The notes: a model not told the origin generated them from the letters alone. DNA of 64,000 nucleotides from Cetorhinus maximus (GCF_964194155.1 NC_135879.1:53072001-53136000), one strand, 5' to 3'; shown: positions 23,820 through 36,500, numbered from the stretch's first letter. Made by a program: numbers and translations.

Positions 23820-25545
23820 ACATCATTTCAGCCTGTTCTAGCCCCATGGAACAGATTTCTTCCCAATTCAACTATTTTTTTGCCCCCACTGTCCTGTCTC
23901 CTCTCAGCTACATTCACAACTCTTCCAATCCCTCCTCTGCTTTAACAACTTCCAGCTTCCTGGTCTTAACTAACTGTCTCTTTTCACCATGGATGTCTGA
24001 TCCCTGAACACCTCCATTCCACCCCCCCACCCCCAATCAAGACAGTATGAGGGCTCTCTAGCTCTTCCTAGAGGGGAAGCCCAACCAGTCCCCATCTGCT
24101 ACCATCCTATTCTGCCTGGCTGAATTTGTCCTTACATTGAACATCATCTTCTTTGACTCCACTCACTTCCTCCAAACAAAAGGTGCCACTATGGAAACAC
24201 AAGGGTCCTATGTCTGTCATGCACCTGTAGAATATATGGGCCAGTCTTTCTTCGAGTCCTCTCCCTCACCTCAGTACCATTTCCTACGCTCGACTTGACT
24301 TGGAAAATTCTAACAAATTTGCTTCAATTGATTCATCGCCTTCACACTTTCATTCTTCTTCTCCTTCGCATCTGAGGATAAGCTGATTACCCAATATCTA
24401 TGAGACCACTGACTTCCATGGCTATCTTGTTTATACATCTTCCACACTGCTTTCTTCAAGGACTCTTTCCCATTCTCAGTCACATCTGTTCTGACGATAT
24501 CATGACACACCAGTGCTTCCAATGGGTCTTCCTGTTTCTTCAACCAAGGATATTCCTCCAATGCGGTTGGCAGATTGCTCAAACATGTTAGCCCGATTTC
24601 ACAATTCCGCCCTCACCCTACACCACCAACCCCCACACCAGAGCCACAATTGGTTTCCCCGGTCCTCATCTTCCATCCAACCAGCCTCCACATTTAAGAT
24701 TGTCCTCCGCCATTTCCGCCAACACCAGCATGATGCCACCTGAAAACATATCTAGACATAGCATTTTAAAAGTAACCATTCCCTCTGTGACACCCTGGTC
24801 CACTTGTCCATCATTCCCAATACCCATCCCAGTCCCACACATCTTCCCACATAAATGCAAGAAATGCAAGACCTGTTGACCACCTTCCTTCCCAACATCC
24901 AGAACCCCAAACACTTCTTCCAAGTGAAACAGCAATTTACTGCTATTTCCTGCTGACGATCTCCATTACACTGGGGAGACCAAACACAGATTGGGAAACT
25001 GCTTTGCTGAACAGCACCATTCAATTTTTCACTTGGTTGCAGTCCATCTGCCATTTTAATTCTTCATCTCACGCTGTCCTCCCTCTGTCCTCAGCTTCCT
25101 ACATTTTTCCATGAGGTTCAAATCAAGCTCGAGGAACAGCACCTAATCTTTCCATCAGACAATTTACAGCTTTCTGGACTCAAATGTTGAGCTCAGCAAC
25201 TTCAGCTATTTTTTTCTGATAGCAGGTGCTGATAATGGTTCTGCTGTGACTTTTTGCACCTCCTTTGGATGCATCTATTATTTCTTTACCTGTCCCACTG
25301 CTATCCCGTTTGCCTTGTACCATCATCCCCTTTGTTACCTAACCTGTCTTCAGGCTATCACAGACCTTCCCTATTATTCTTTCCTCCCCTCCCTTTTCCA
25401 TCTTTTTACTTACTCCACCTGTTAGACCTCTCACTTATTCTACTTCTGATGAAACAGTCATCTATTTGAAATGTTAAATCTGTTCCTCTCTTCATTAATA
25501 CTGCCTCACCTGCTGAGTGTTTCCAGCATTTTCTATTTTTATTCT
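23820..25545 (+). mobile_element. PLE family 1 (RT + GIY-YIG + pseudo-LTR), decayed
   Basis: LAEFVLTLNIIFFDSTHFLQTKG (~24116-24184, PLE RT); YTGETKHRLGNCFAE (~24967); pseudo-LTR ctgatgaaac...gaaatgttaa...cctgctgagtgtttccagcattttct. Confidence 0.8.
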
Positions 25546-25969
25546 GAATTTATATTTTGTTGTACTCATATAAACATCCTATTAAGGACAGCACTGTTAG
25601 GTTAATATTTGTTTGAAAAATTTCCCAAAATGAAGCTTAAATGGAAGAACATAACAGCTTTGGAGTAGAAAAATTAAAATATAAACTGCAAAAATCTATA
25701 AGGGGTATTTAATAAGGTTCTTGCACTGATACAGAACACCGAGCAACTGCAACAGCTCACATATTCTGCACTTTAAAAAATGGACATATGGCTTTAGGAC
25801 CTGCAATTATTCTGGTACTACTCTAGTCAGAAATACAGCAAGTGATTCGGCAGAGCAAGTAATTGGTCATCACTTAGAAAATCATTTCATTCAATCCGGG
25901 AATTGCAAAATTAAAGCACTCGTGAAAAGGGTCAAACTACATGGAACAAATGTAAAAATTTACACATTC

Positions 25970-26340
25970 AAATTCAGAGACTCCAGCACCAGAAGAGGCC
26001 ATTCAGCTGATTATATATGTGGCAGTGTAGACCTAGAGCTATCTAATCATCCCATTACCCTTCCCTTTCTCCTTGTCCTTTTACACTTTACATTTCAAGC
26101 TCTGGTTCAATTCTCTTTAAAGTCACGTTGCTATCTCTATGTCAACAGATATTTGAAAAAGCAATCCATGTTCTGGGCATATTGCATACGAAAAACTCTC
26201 CTCGGACTTCCTCCTTTATAATGATAACTATGAGTTTATGCCCTAGCTACCAATTCAATAACCAGTGGAAACACTCACTATCCACCCTCTCCAAATCTTT
26301 GATAAACCTGAAAACGTGATCCCTTCCCTTGATCTTCAGT
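25970..26340 (-). mobile_element. Old CR1 3' end
   Basis: Degenerate agaggccattcagc...ccaccctctccaaatctttgataaacctgaaa, resembling the other reverse CR1 tails. Confidence 0.5.
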
Positions 26341-27154
26341 TTCCCAGTTTGCAGGATGTTTCACCAATATTTATGGAAGAGAGGTGGGTGTTAAATGCCA
26401 GTGGTATTTAGTGGAGAATTAATCTGTAAAAGATAGCATCAGCAGCAAAATAAAATTAGTTGTTGGCAACTCCAGTGTCACTAATAAAGGTGAGGATCAG
26501 ACTATGACAAGCATGCTTTCCTGAGGGCCTCGTGTAGGTGTTGCAATATGAACATCATATATCTTTGTCTGATGTTTGATCCTCTGAACACTACACAGAG
26601 CTCAATAGTCGACCAAACAAAACACAAAGGTTCGTTCTCAGAATGTTACTTCCAAAATGAACTCAAGATACCAGAAATCTATTACAGGGAAAATATCAGG
26701 CAGAAACTTTGATCAAATTCTACTTAAGATCAAAGACAGCTCCACTGCACTGGTAATTTATTTTTCCTCTCAACCATCCTAAAACGACGACAGTTCACTG
26801 AACTTAACAAATCTAGAAAATCAAATTTTGTGAATAGCTTCCAGTATGTTACCTTCTGCATAAAATAGTCTCAAAATACTAGATTTTACTTGTAACTATC
26901 TGCCACTCTTCCAAGCAAAATCTTTATGATACAGGTTACTCTCAGCATGGTGATAGAGCCTGCAAATTTCAAATGATCCAAGGTGGTATTGCTGAAGGTG
27001 TAGTGAATCTACCCAAGAATTTACATTGCAATTGTACAGTTTCCACATTTAACATAAACCAGTTTTGCAAGTGTCTTGGTTGTTCAGAGTTGTACTATAT
27101 TAAATAAATCAACAAATATTACATAATTTAGTTCTTCTGTGTAATCAATGATTT

Positions 27155-27740
27155 TTTTTATTTGTTCATGGGATGAGTGTGTTTGCTGGCAAGACCAGCA
27201 TTTATTGCACACCCTAATCACCTTAAGAAGGTGGCGTGTCGCCTTTGTGAAACGCTGCAGTTCATGTGGTGTAGGCACACCCAGTGCTGTTGGATAAGGA
27301 GTTCCAAGATTTTGGCCCAGCGACAGTAAAGGAAAGGCTATACAGTTCCAAGTCAGAATGGTGTGGGGCTTGGAGGGGAACTCAATGGTGGTCTGGTGTC
27401 TGGTGCCCTTGTCCCTCTAGGTGGTAGAACTCATGATTTTCGAAGGTGCTGTCAAAGGTGGGTTGGTGAGTTGCCACAGTGCAGCTTGTTGATGGTACAT
27501 AATGCTTGTACTCTGTGCCAGTGGTGGGGGGAGAGAATATTTAAATTGTAGATGGGTGCCAATCAAGCCAGTTGCTTCATCTTGAACGATGTCGAGCTTC
27601 TTCAGTGTTGTTGGAGCCGTACTCATCCAAGCGAGTGGAAGTCCTGTGGCTGAGAAGATTGGCACCATCAACCATAACCATCTTCTTTGTGCTAGGTATG
27701 ACTCCAACCAATGGAAAGTTCCCCTCCACACCTCACAACC
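27155..27740 (-). mobile_element. LINE family B 3' fragment
   Basis: ORF 27417-27854 includes LAWMSTAPTTLKKLDIVQD; reverse tail at 27155. Confidence 0.85.
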
Positions 27741-27754
27741 CTTTTTTTCATTGT

Positions 27755-28472
27755 GTATTGCTGAAAGAAAGAAACATGCTAAGCTTTTCACCTTGCACTC
27801 ATTCTCTAACAGGATGCTGTCGTCAAGCCAAAAAGATGTTTGCCTATCATACAAATGAGCAATGTAGGATATAGATTTCAGTGTCAGTGTGATGCTAGTA
27901 TTTTACGCCCCAACAATTGGCGGACCATATCAAACAGCACATCCTTCAGCTGGTTACAGCAGGGAAAGCACTGACCATACCCAATCAGCCCACGCTTTCA
28001 AAAGAGTGTCCAATATTAGATGTGATTCTGCAATTGGACAACAAGTGCTAAACAATCCTGATTGTACTAAGAATTACACTGAAAACTAATCTAAGATTGC
28101 CAGGCGGGCTCACAGTATGGCTCACCTATGCATGCTAGAAGCCACATATATTCACACACAGGGCCCTGCCTTTTGAAGACAGAAGGAACATGTGTACACT
28201 TTGCACCTTTTATATCTGAACAAAGGCTTGGGAACAGTCATTGCCTGATCCCTTGACAAGGGTTGACCTTCCCAGTTTGAATTTGAACAAAGCTGGGCAG
28301 TTAACTGCTCCAGGCTGCACCCTCCATAGCAATGCCTCCACCAACCAATCAGCACACTCTTCTCATGCAGTATAAATTGTTGTTCCCACATAAGTTTGGT
28401 AATTTATTGCGAGCTATCCTAATGAGTGCAAGGCAAAAACCTTAGGCAGCATGTCTCTTTATTCAGCAATAC
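27755..28472 (+). mobile_element. PLE family 2 3' part with inverted pseudo-LTR piece at its 5' end
   Basis: 27755-27803 is an inverted copy of 28421-28472; the body encodes YRFQCQCDA, CDSAIGQQVLNNPDC and LEATYIHTQGP (GIY-YIG). Confidence 0.8.
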
Positions 28473-28519
28473 TACTAGTAAAATTGAAGACAGAGAAAAT
28501 AGGACTCAGAGGTATTCTC

Positions 28520-29545
28520 AGTCAAATGCTGCCTTGATGTCAAGGGTAGTCACACTCTCCTCACCTCTGGAATTCAGCTATTTTGTCCATATTTGGACTA
28601 AGGCTGTAATGAGGTATCAAACCAGATGGCCCTTGTGGAACCCAAACTGAGCATCAGGAGCAGGTTATTGCAGAAGTGCCACTTGATAGCACTACACTCC
28701 AAAGCCTTAAAAAAGTTTTGTTGGCAGCTGTCAACACGGTGAATGACAAATGCCGTTTCTTTCCTGCTGTGCGCAAAATCTGGGCCATGGTCATTTTTGG
28801 GCTGTAGAACCTTATTTTTTTTTTTAGAGCTGCCTTGCATTGAACAGGTAGAAAAACTCCACTAAAGGATTGCCTTTAATCTCTTTCTTGTTTTCACTTT
28901 GCTGATAATTGGGTAGACTAATGAGGCAGTAATTGCCGGATTGGATTCGTCCGCTTTTTGTGGACAGGACATAACTGGGCAATTTTTCACATGGTCAGGT
29001 AGATGCCAGAGCTGTAGCTGCACTGGAACAGCTTGGTTAGGAGTGCGGCTAGCTCCAGAGCACAAGTCTTCTGTAATACAGCTGGGATGTTGTCAGTACC
29101 CACAGCCTTTGCTTTATCAAGTGCCCTCAGTGATTTTTTAATATCATGCGGAGTAAAGCAAATCTGCTGAAGACTGTTACCTGTGATGCTGGAGAGGTCA
29201 AGAGGAGGCTGAGACAGATCATCCACTAGACACCTCTGGCTTTTCATTTGCACTGATGAGCTGGGCTCCCTCATCATTGAAAGTGAGGGTGTTGTTGGAG
29301 CCTCTTCCTCCAATTAATCGTAGGATTGTTCACCACCATTCACAACTGGATGGGGTAGGACTGCAGAGCTTTGATCTGATCTGGTGGCTGTGAAGTCACT
29401 ATGCTATGTTTATCACATGCAAACAGTCCTGCGCTATAGTTTCACCAAGGTTGGCATCTCTTTTTTTTATATAAAAGGTATGCCTGGTGTTGTTCCTGGT
29501 GTGCACCCCTTCGCTCCTCATTATTCCAAGGTTAACTCCCTGGCT
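28520..29545 (-). mobile_element. LINE family B fragment (RT N-terminus), carrying a foreign 195-bp insert
   Basis: ORF 28987-29313 ALDKAKAVGTDNIPAVLQKTCALELAALLTKLFQCSY. Confidence 0.85.
28692..28886 (-). repeat. Left arm of long inverted repeat (copy of 29891-30068)
   Basis: cactccaaagcctt...gttttgttggcagctgtcaacacggtgaatg...tcctgctgtgcgcaaaatctgggccatggtca...ggattgcctttaatctcttt is the reverse complement of 29891-30068. Confidence 0.92.
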
Positions 29546-29890
29546 TCTTGTTTCTAACTAAATAAAATTGGAGTTATTACTGTCACTTAACCACTACAGC
29601 ACTATTTAATTGTCTTGATCTCTCTTTAGCAGCAACAATAATTTGTATTTATAGGTCTAAATTGTAGAACAACAACCCTTGGTGTTCAGCCATGACTTAA
29701 TCAAAAGAACCTGATATTCTTAAGACTGAATATGACTTTATTTCTACTTAACTGGCAAAAAGAAAAAGAAGATCCCAGCACAGCATATTTAATTGAGTCA
29801 TGTTAACCTGGTATGAAATGCCTAAGGTGAACCTTGGGTTTTATCTAAAGTTAAAATAAATTATTGTAACTTACTTTACTATAATAACTC

Positions 29891-30068
29891 AAAGAGAGTA
29901 AAGGCAGTCCTTTAATGGAGTCTTTCTACCTGTCCAATGCAATGCAGTTCTAAAAATAAGCAAAAGTGACCATGGCCCAGATTTTGCGCACAGCAGGAAA
30001 GGAACGGCAATTGCCATTCACCGTGTTGACAGCTGCCAACAAAACTTTTAGAAGGCTTTGGAGTGCAG
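29891..30068 (+). repeat. Right arm (probable donor) of long inverted repeat
   Basis: aaagagagtaaaggcagtcc...tgaccatggcccagattttgcgcacagcagga...cattcaccgtgttgacagctgccaacaaaac...aaggctttggagtgcag. Confidence 0.92.
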
Positions 30069-30399
30069 AATTGCTCTAATGCAGTATCAATCCAGTCCAG
30101 CGCTCTCTAATGGAGATCTGTGACATCTTGAGCAGGCAAGAACTAATGAGACGCCTCAACCAATCAGACAGAAGAATCCTCACTGGGCTAAGTAGAGTTT
30201 AAACCAGGAAATAGTAGATTTAAATCATGCACAGAAAGCGAAATAAAGATTGGGACAGACTGATGGAATTAAAAGGACAAAGATAAGGGAGGCAGGAAAA
30301 AGTAATTTTGATTTTAAAAAAAATCTTGAACACTAATTATCTTCTGAGGCCACCTCAAAGCTACCTCCATTTCTCCAGAAACCCTCCCCATGCCCTCAG

Positions 30400-31700
30400 A
30401 GGTTCATAATCCAAGTTGAATACAAAGAAGTACAGGCAAGAGCTGAAAAAGGGAAATGAGGGGAACAAAGCGAGTGTATGAGACAAGATAAGTGAGTAAC
30501 AAAAAGAGAACTCAATTCTCTTATAACAGTATCATCTTTCATAAACATATAAATAAGTAAAAGGACATCAAAGAAATGGTGAAGCTAATTAGGAATCTTC
30601 TTGTGGAAGCAGAAGGCGTGGTTGAGGTAATAAATGAGTACTGCAGCTGTCTTCAACAAACAAACAAAAGGATTCTGCCAATGTCACAGTAAAAGAGGAT
30701 GTAATAGAGAAGTTGGATAGGATAGAAATAAATAATTGGCAGTTCTCAATGTTGAAAAATCAGCCAGTCTGATGGGGTAGATTCCTAGGTCAGAGGAAAG
30801 AAAGAGTGGAAATTGTAGAAGCTCTGGCCACAACCTTTCAATCTTCCTTGGATATGGGAGTGGTGATAAAAGTGGGGTGACAGAATATTTTTAAGGCAGG
30901 TAGATTCTTGTCAAGCATGGGAATCAAAAGTTATTGGGGGTAGATGGAAATGTTGAACTCTAAACACAAACAGAGCAGCCATGATCTTATTGAATGGTGG
31001 GGCAGGCTCAAGGGCCTGAATGGCCTCCTACTCCACTTATTTGGTATGTTCGTAGGACAAAATTAATTGGCACTTTAACAAATTGCCTATTTTTGAAAGG
31101 CAAATCATGTTTGAGTAATTTGATTGAGTACTTCAGGGTTGATGAGAATAGAGCACTTGTATATATGGACTTTCAAAAGGAGCCTAAACTAAAAATACTA
31201 CATAATGGACTAGTTAGCAAAATTGGAATAGGATTAAAGGCGTAATGGCTGTGTGGGTACATAACAGGCTAAGGAACTAAAAGCAAGGAGTAGTGAGCAT
31301 GGTGGTTTTTCAGACTGGAGGGAAATTTACAGTGGTATACCCAGGGATCAGTGTGAGGACCACTGTTCTTTTTGATGTTGATTAAAAGCCTGGACTTTGG
31401 CATAATTTCAAAGTTTGCAGATAACAGAAAATTCTGAAATGTAGCAAAGAGTGAAGAGGGTGGTAACAGATTTCAAGAGGACATAGGCAAACTTGGTGAA
31501 ATGGAAGATGAAAATTAGTTCAAAGTGAAGTGATTCATTTTGGTAGGAAGAAAGGGTAGGGGCACCATCAGCTAAATGGTACAATTTTATAATGGGTGCA
31601 GGAACAATAGAGACCCAAGGGTGTGCATACACAAGCCTTTGAAAGTATTAGTTCAAGTTGAGAAGGCAGTTAAAAAAAGAGCATATGGGATCCCTGACTT
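30400..31700 (+). mobile_element. Decayed CR1 RT fragment with nested CR1 3' tail (~30880-31052)
   Basis: FLKGKSCLSNLIEYF and VYMDFQK in ORF 30994-31245; SGIPRD and KFAD motifs downstream. Confidence 0.75.
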
Positions 31701-32075
31701 ATTGTCTCTGGTTATTGTCCAGGTCTTGTTGCATTTGGACATGGACTGCTTCAGTATCTGAGGAGTCATGAATGATGAACATTTTCAGCTGATTGCACAA
31801 TGGTTGGGCCTAGGACACTACCTTGAGGAACTCCTGCAGTGATGTCCTAGAACAGATTTTTGTTTTTGATTCTTTCATGAGATGTGCATATCGTTGGCTA
31901 GGCCTGCATTTATCACCAATCCCTAATTGCCCTCAAGAAGGTGATGGTGAGCTGCCTTCTCGAACCGCTGCAGTCCACGTGGTGTAGGTGCACCCACGGA
32001 GACCCAGAGACAGTGAAGGACGATCGACATCCAACAACCACAACCATTTTCCTTTGTGCTAGGTATGACTCCAAC
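31700..32075 (-). mobile_element. LINE family B fragments (RT plus nested 3' tail)
   Basis: gggcctaggacactaccttgaggaactcctgcagtgatgtc is the reverse of DITAGVPQGSVLGP; reverse tail at 31860-32000. Confidence 0.75.
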
Positions 32076-33634
32076 ATGTTTGCTGTATGTCACATCTTAG
32101 AATGATCATATATGATTAAAATAAGATGTTTGATATTAAAAGCAAATAGATAATAAATATGCCAAGTTACTTAAATGTTTACACTTCTCGAAGTTGAACA
32201 GGTGCATTGACAATATATCAAATTCTTCCTCCCTGCGTCAAAAACAAGCTCAAACATTTATGATTTGCCAATGACGTTAATTAATGGAGTAACCTCAATA
32301 TTTAATATATGTCCACAAAATTTTAGATACAGTGCTACTTAATTCTAATATCACATGCCATATAATAAATTCTTGCATTTCACAGAAACAATTGCACAAG
32401 GAGAAAACAGCACCAAATAATAGGCACCTCAGTCTATATCCTCCTTCCCTAACCAAAATCTATAGTCTATAGTATGGTCTATAGTATGTTCCAATAAATC
32501 ACACTTACTTGCTGAGGCTTGTTAACAATCAAGCCTCAAACGCTGGCTACATCCATGTATGGGTGCATCAAAAATATTTTTTTATAACGTCATTACAGAG
32601 CTCTGGAACCGTGACCAGCCAGACTACAATTCACAGCAGTGATCACACATTTTGCCTCAGCCACAATATATGAGCACATCAAAGAAAAAAATTCCTATCA
32701 CCCCGATTCCCATGCTAGGAAGAGTTTGTGTCCTCAGACCTTTCTGTACTGGTGCCCTCCTGGCCTGACCAAAATGTGAGCTGATATGGGTACTTTCTGA
32801 AATCTTCAAAAATTCCAAGAATTAGTCAAACTCTGTTTGATTGGCATGCCAGACATGAGTGAAGCTAGCCTCACATATAAATTGTAACTAATGAATCCTA
32901 CAAGGGTTACTTTTATAGTACAAAAAATAATAAAGTGCAGCAAAAGAAAGTAACCTTGATTAAATTAGGTTGTTAACAATTACAATTGCTGTTCTTGGTT
33001 TCTAAATTGGTATAACATATTCACCTGCTTTCATGAAATCTAGTCAATGTTTTCCCTCATTTCATGTTTTGTTACTACATGAAAACTAGATGCAAATATG
33101 TACCTGCTTGTGCAGAAATATGTAACAATTTGACTGAGCATCTCAACAAACATTAAAAAAGTTATACATCTCTTGAAAATAGCTTTATAAAAAGACAAAA
33201 ATATAAGGTTTTAAAAACAGGTAGGTAAAGAGAGAAATGAATGCAACTTCTATTGTGGTAATCAGACACATTAGACAAGAAATATTGGCAGGAAAAAAGG
33301 AGTAACAAAAGTGACAGAAAGCTTAAACGAATGGAGATACTCTCATAGATGCAGTCAGACGCATTTAGATTGCAGAATAAGACCAACAGACACAAATAAT
33401 AGTACAACAGAATTAACAGTGATGTATGGACTGCCAAATATATAGGGATTGAGCAAGGTAGACAGTGAAATATTAGAGAAGACATGCAGGAGGTCAAGAA
33501 CATGACAGAGTGAGACAGATGTAAACACAGGGTGAAACATACATACATAGGCAAAGTAAGCAATATTCATACATAGCTCTGGCTCAGCCACTGTGTGCTT
33601 CTAACAAATGTGAGGAACTGTTGTGGAACAAAAT

Positions 33635-33967
33635 GAGCAGAAGGGCATAGTGGTATTGTGACTGGATTAATATTCCAGAGACCCAGGGTAATGCTCTGGG
33701 GACCCAGATTCAAATCCCACCATGACAAATGGTGAAATTTGAATTCAAAAAAATCTGGAATTAAAAGGTCTGATGACGACCATGGAACCATTGCCGATTG
33801 TTGCAAAATGTCCTTTAGGGAAGGAAATCTGCTGTCCTTACCTGGTCTGGCCTACATGTGACTCCTGACTCACAGGTTGGCTCTTAACTGCCCTCTGAAC
33901 AAGGGATAGGCAGCAATTGCTGGCCTAGCCAGCAATGCCCATAACCCATGAACAAACAAAAAAAAAG
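33635..33967 (+). mobile_element. tRNA-derived SINE with 3' tail shared with LINE family B
   Basis: A-box-like ggcatagtggt, B-box-like gattcaaatccc, body, then tail gctggcctagccagcaatgcccataacccatgaacaaacaaaaaaa. Confidence 0.8.
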
Positions 33968-34566
33968 CAGCAAATGCGAGGCAATTCGGAGGAATGGATC
34001 TCATTCTTAGCAAACTTTATGACAGCCACTTTTGTAGGTACAGAGCTAGAAGATAACTTGTCAATGGTGAAGTCTGCTACAATCAATACATGCAAGCTTT
34101 CTTTCAACAAGAACTACATTGAGAAAATGCTCACATAAAAAAATGACAGGTTTCATTTCTTCAGAATAACAAACTGATGAAATTAAGCTCACTGTTTTCC
34201 ATGTCATTCAAGGAGAAATCACGCTGCTGCCAGGTCACCAATGTCATGACTTTCCATGGGAATGAAATTGCGAGATGAGAAAAGACCTAGTTTTGCTTTA
34301 TACCTCTAGTGCGGAACATTAATATGATGCTTATAACAGCAGTAAAACAGGTGTAAATTTAACATATGGGGTGCACTTATTAAGGTATATTGACTGTGAG
34401 TCAAGAATATAGGCCAAATACGGTTCACCATACTCAAATCAACTCCCGTTGTCTCAAAACCTTTAGAATTTAGGGCAACCAAACATTAGTGAGCAATTTG
34501 AAATCACCATTTTTTTCCGATCACCACTGATTCTGAAAATCAATGAAACGTGAAACTTGTACCTAC

Positions 34567-34702
34567 CTCCAACAAGAGTTCATCTTTTGTTTTTACTGGT
34601 TGGGGTTTTCTCTTTTCTCCTGGTTCCTGATCGTCATCGTCACCATCTGACATTACAACCACCGATGGTGCAGAAGATGACGACGATGTGGAATCTGAAT
34701 CA
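34567..34702 (-). CDS. NAF1: Internal coding exon (exon 2 equivalent) of nuclear assembly factor 1 (H/ACA RNP assembly factor)
   Basis: Minus strand reads tttcacAG|T GAT TCA GAT TCC ... GAA CTC TTG TTG GAG|GTaggt, 136 nt, phase 2 to phase 0. The peptide DSDSTSSSSSAPSVVVMSDGDDDDQEPGEKRKPQPVKTKDELLLE matches the recalled vertebrate NAF1 pattern: Ser-rich tract, LSDGDDD, LKTKDELLL just before the Gar1/Naf1 domain. Confidence 0.9.
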
Positions 34703-35099
34703 CTGTGAAACAAAATATAAATTAACCACACTAAAAAGTATATAAATATACACATCAGAGCAAATATCAGAATCTTTCTATACTATTTGGCTTTGTTATA
34801 AAATACAATAAAACTGAACAGGCATAATCAATATAGTAATCGGGTGAAGTAGTACATTATTCTGTTTAGTGGTAAACAATGAAATCAGTGAGGAAAAAAA
34901 AATCAGACAATCAACTCCAATTTGGCACTATAAAGAACAAGAATTTCAGTTAGCAGAATTTAAAAAAAACAGGTTTTTAAAAAAATACGAAGTTGGATTT
35001 CCTACCACAATAAGAATAAATTACATTACTGTACAAGCAGTCTATCTTCATGCTGCCTCCGTCTAAAAGAACTGAAGAGTGTACAGTTTACAAGGGCAG

Positions 35100-35416
35100 T
35101 GTTGGATCCTGGTCACTAGTTTAGTTGGACTAATGGATCCAGGTTGCACAGCTTGTTTCAGGATGGTCAAGTTGGTAACATAGACAGAAGATCAACAGGC
35201 ACTTCTTATGTAGAACACTTTCTATTTATTTACAAAGGAACTCAGCAGTTGCACTTGTGTGCTTACAACTCAAATCCTGTCTCTGCATTACAGACTCTGA
35301 CTCTAGACTACTGACTACTAAGGTAGCCCACGTTACTCTGCTATTGGATACTAAGATCATGTGATCTTCCATTATAACATTCTTCTTAAAGGTATATTAC
35401 ACATCAGATTACCACG
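35100..35416. mobile_element. Possible short solo LTR
   Basis: Starts TGTTGG; contains tttatt (reverse polyA signal) and attgg; ends ...attaccac. No TSD seen. Confidence 0.25.
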
Positions 35417-35819
35417 TACACCATATATATTTGTAGTGACTCCTGGAATCAAAGGCGCAGTGTTACAAGTTAGATTTGTTCTCATGTACAGGAATACTGA
35501 TCACTTTGACCTTTCAACATAAAAACAGCATCTTCTCCCTCCTTGGATTGCAGGCTTTTTAAAAAAAAAGCCTTATTCTGAAAAATTGACCCTCATTGCA
35601 TCATTTATGATACTCCACAAACAGGTCCATCTGGCTTAAAGATATAACTTCAGGGCTGCATCTCATTGCCTTTAAACTGATACAAATTTGCGTTGCTTTA
35701 AAATGCAACACTTTAGCACATGTTAAACCTGTCAAGGTGTGTTTTTGTGTGAGCAGGAGCAGGAGAGGAGGAGGGAGAAAGGCTATTTATGCAAATGTTA
35801 AGTTAAATTTAAGTATAGC

Positions 35820-36500
35820 AGAGGTTCTGAACACAATCTTTCAACCTTCCATGGACATGGGAGTGGCACCAGGACTGGAAACAAATGTTGCAGTCTAGTT
35901 CAAAAAAAAGGAGAGCCAACTATAGGCAAGTTAGCTTAAAGTGATTGGGAGGCTTTTAAATAGCATAATCTCGGACAAAATTATCACTTGAATACCAGGG
36001 ATCAAAACTAGAATGTATTTTATGATGAAATTACAGAGAGGGTTGATAATAGTGCAGTTAATGATGCGTATATAGACTTTCAAAAAGTGTTTGAAGAAGT
36101 GTGATACAATAGACTTGTTAGCAAAACTGATGATGTGCTATTAATGGGACAGTGGTAGCCTGAACACAAAATTTGCCAAGGGGCAGTAGTGGCGAAAAGT
36201 TGTTTATTAGACTGGAAGGAAGCATACTATGGAGCACCCCCTACCTCCACGGGTCAGTGATATAAATGAATATATGGCGATATATGAATGACCTGGGTTT
36301 TGGTACACGAAGCATAATTTCAAAGTTAGCTCATAACCTAAAAACAAACTTTGTACGGAGGATAGTAATGGATTTTTGGAGAACGTAGAAAGCTGGTGAA
36401 ATGAGCAGACATATGGCAATTTAGCACAAAATTGTGAAGTTATGCATTTTGGAAGACTAAAGAGAGGTAATACAAATTAACAGGGAATGCTGCTAAATTT
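35820..36500 (+). mobile_element. Decayed CR1 RT fragment
   Basis: aactataggcaagttagctta (NYRQVSL) and tatatagactttcaaaaagtgtttga (YIDFQKVF). Confidence 0.65.

Noticed and set aside
32513-32538. 9-bp hairpin tgaggcttg/caagcctca and nearby (tctatag) duplications
   Set aside because: Short enough to arise by chance; no snoRNA box or miRNA context.
33162-33563. 133-aa hydrophobic ORF (likewise 58481-58738 and 12638-13027)
   Set aside because: Antisense reading of purine-rich decayed repeat or low-complexity sequence; no splice or homology support.
33635-33730. tRNA gene
   Set aside because: A/B-box-like motifs continue into a SINE body and tail with no cloverleaf; it is a SINE head.
1-34566. 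NAF1 exon 3 and later exons (ELP.VEEL...SSIIEQL and onward)
   Set aside because: Manual inspection of candidate minus-strand donor sites (for example ~4730, 10995, 16138, 26852, 32508) gave no NAF1-like peptide. I may have missed a diverged exon.
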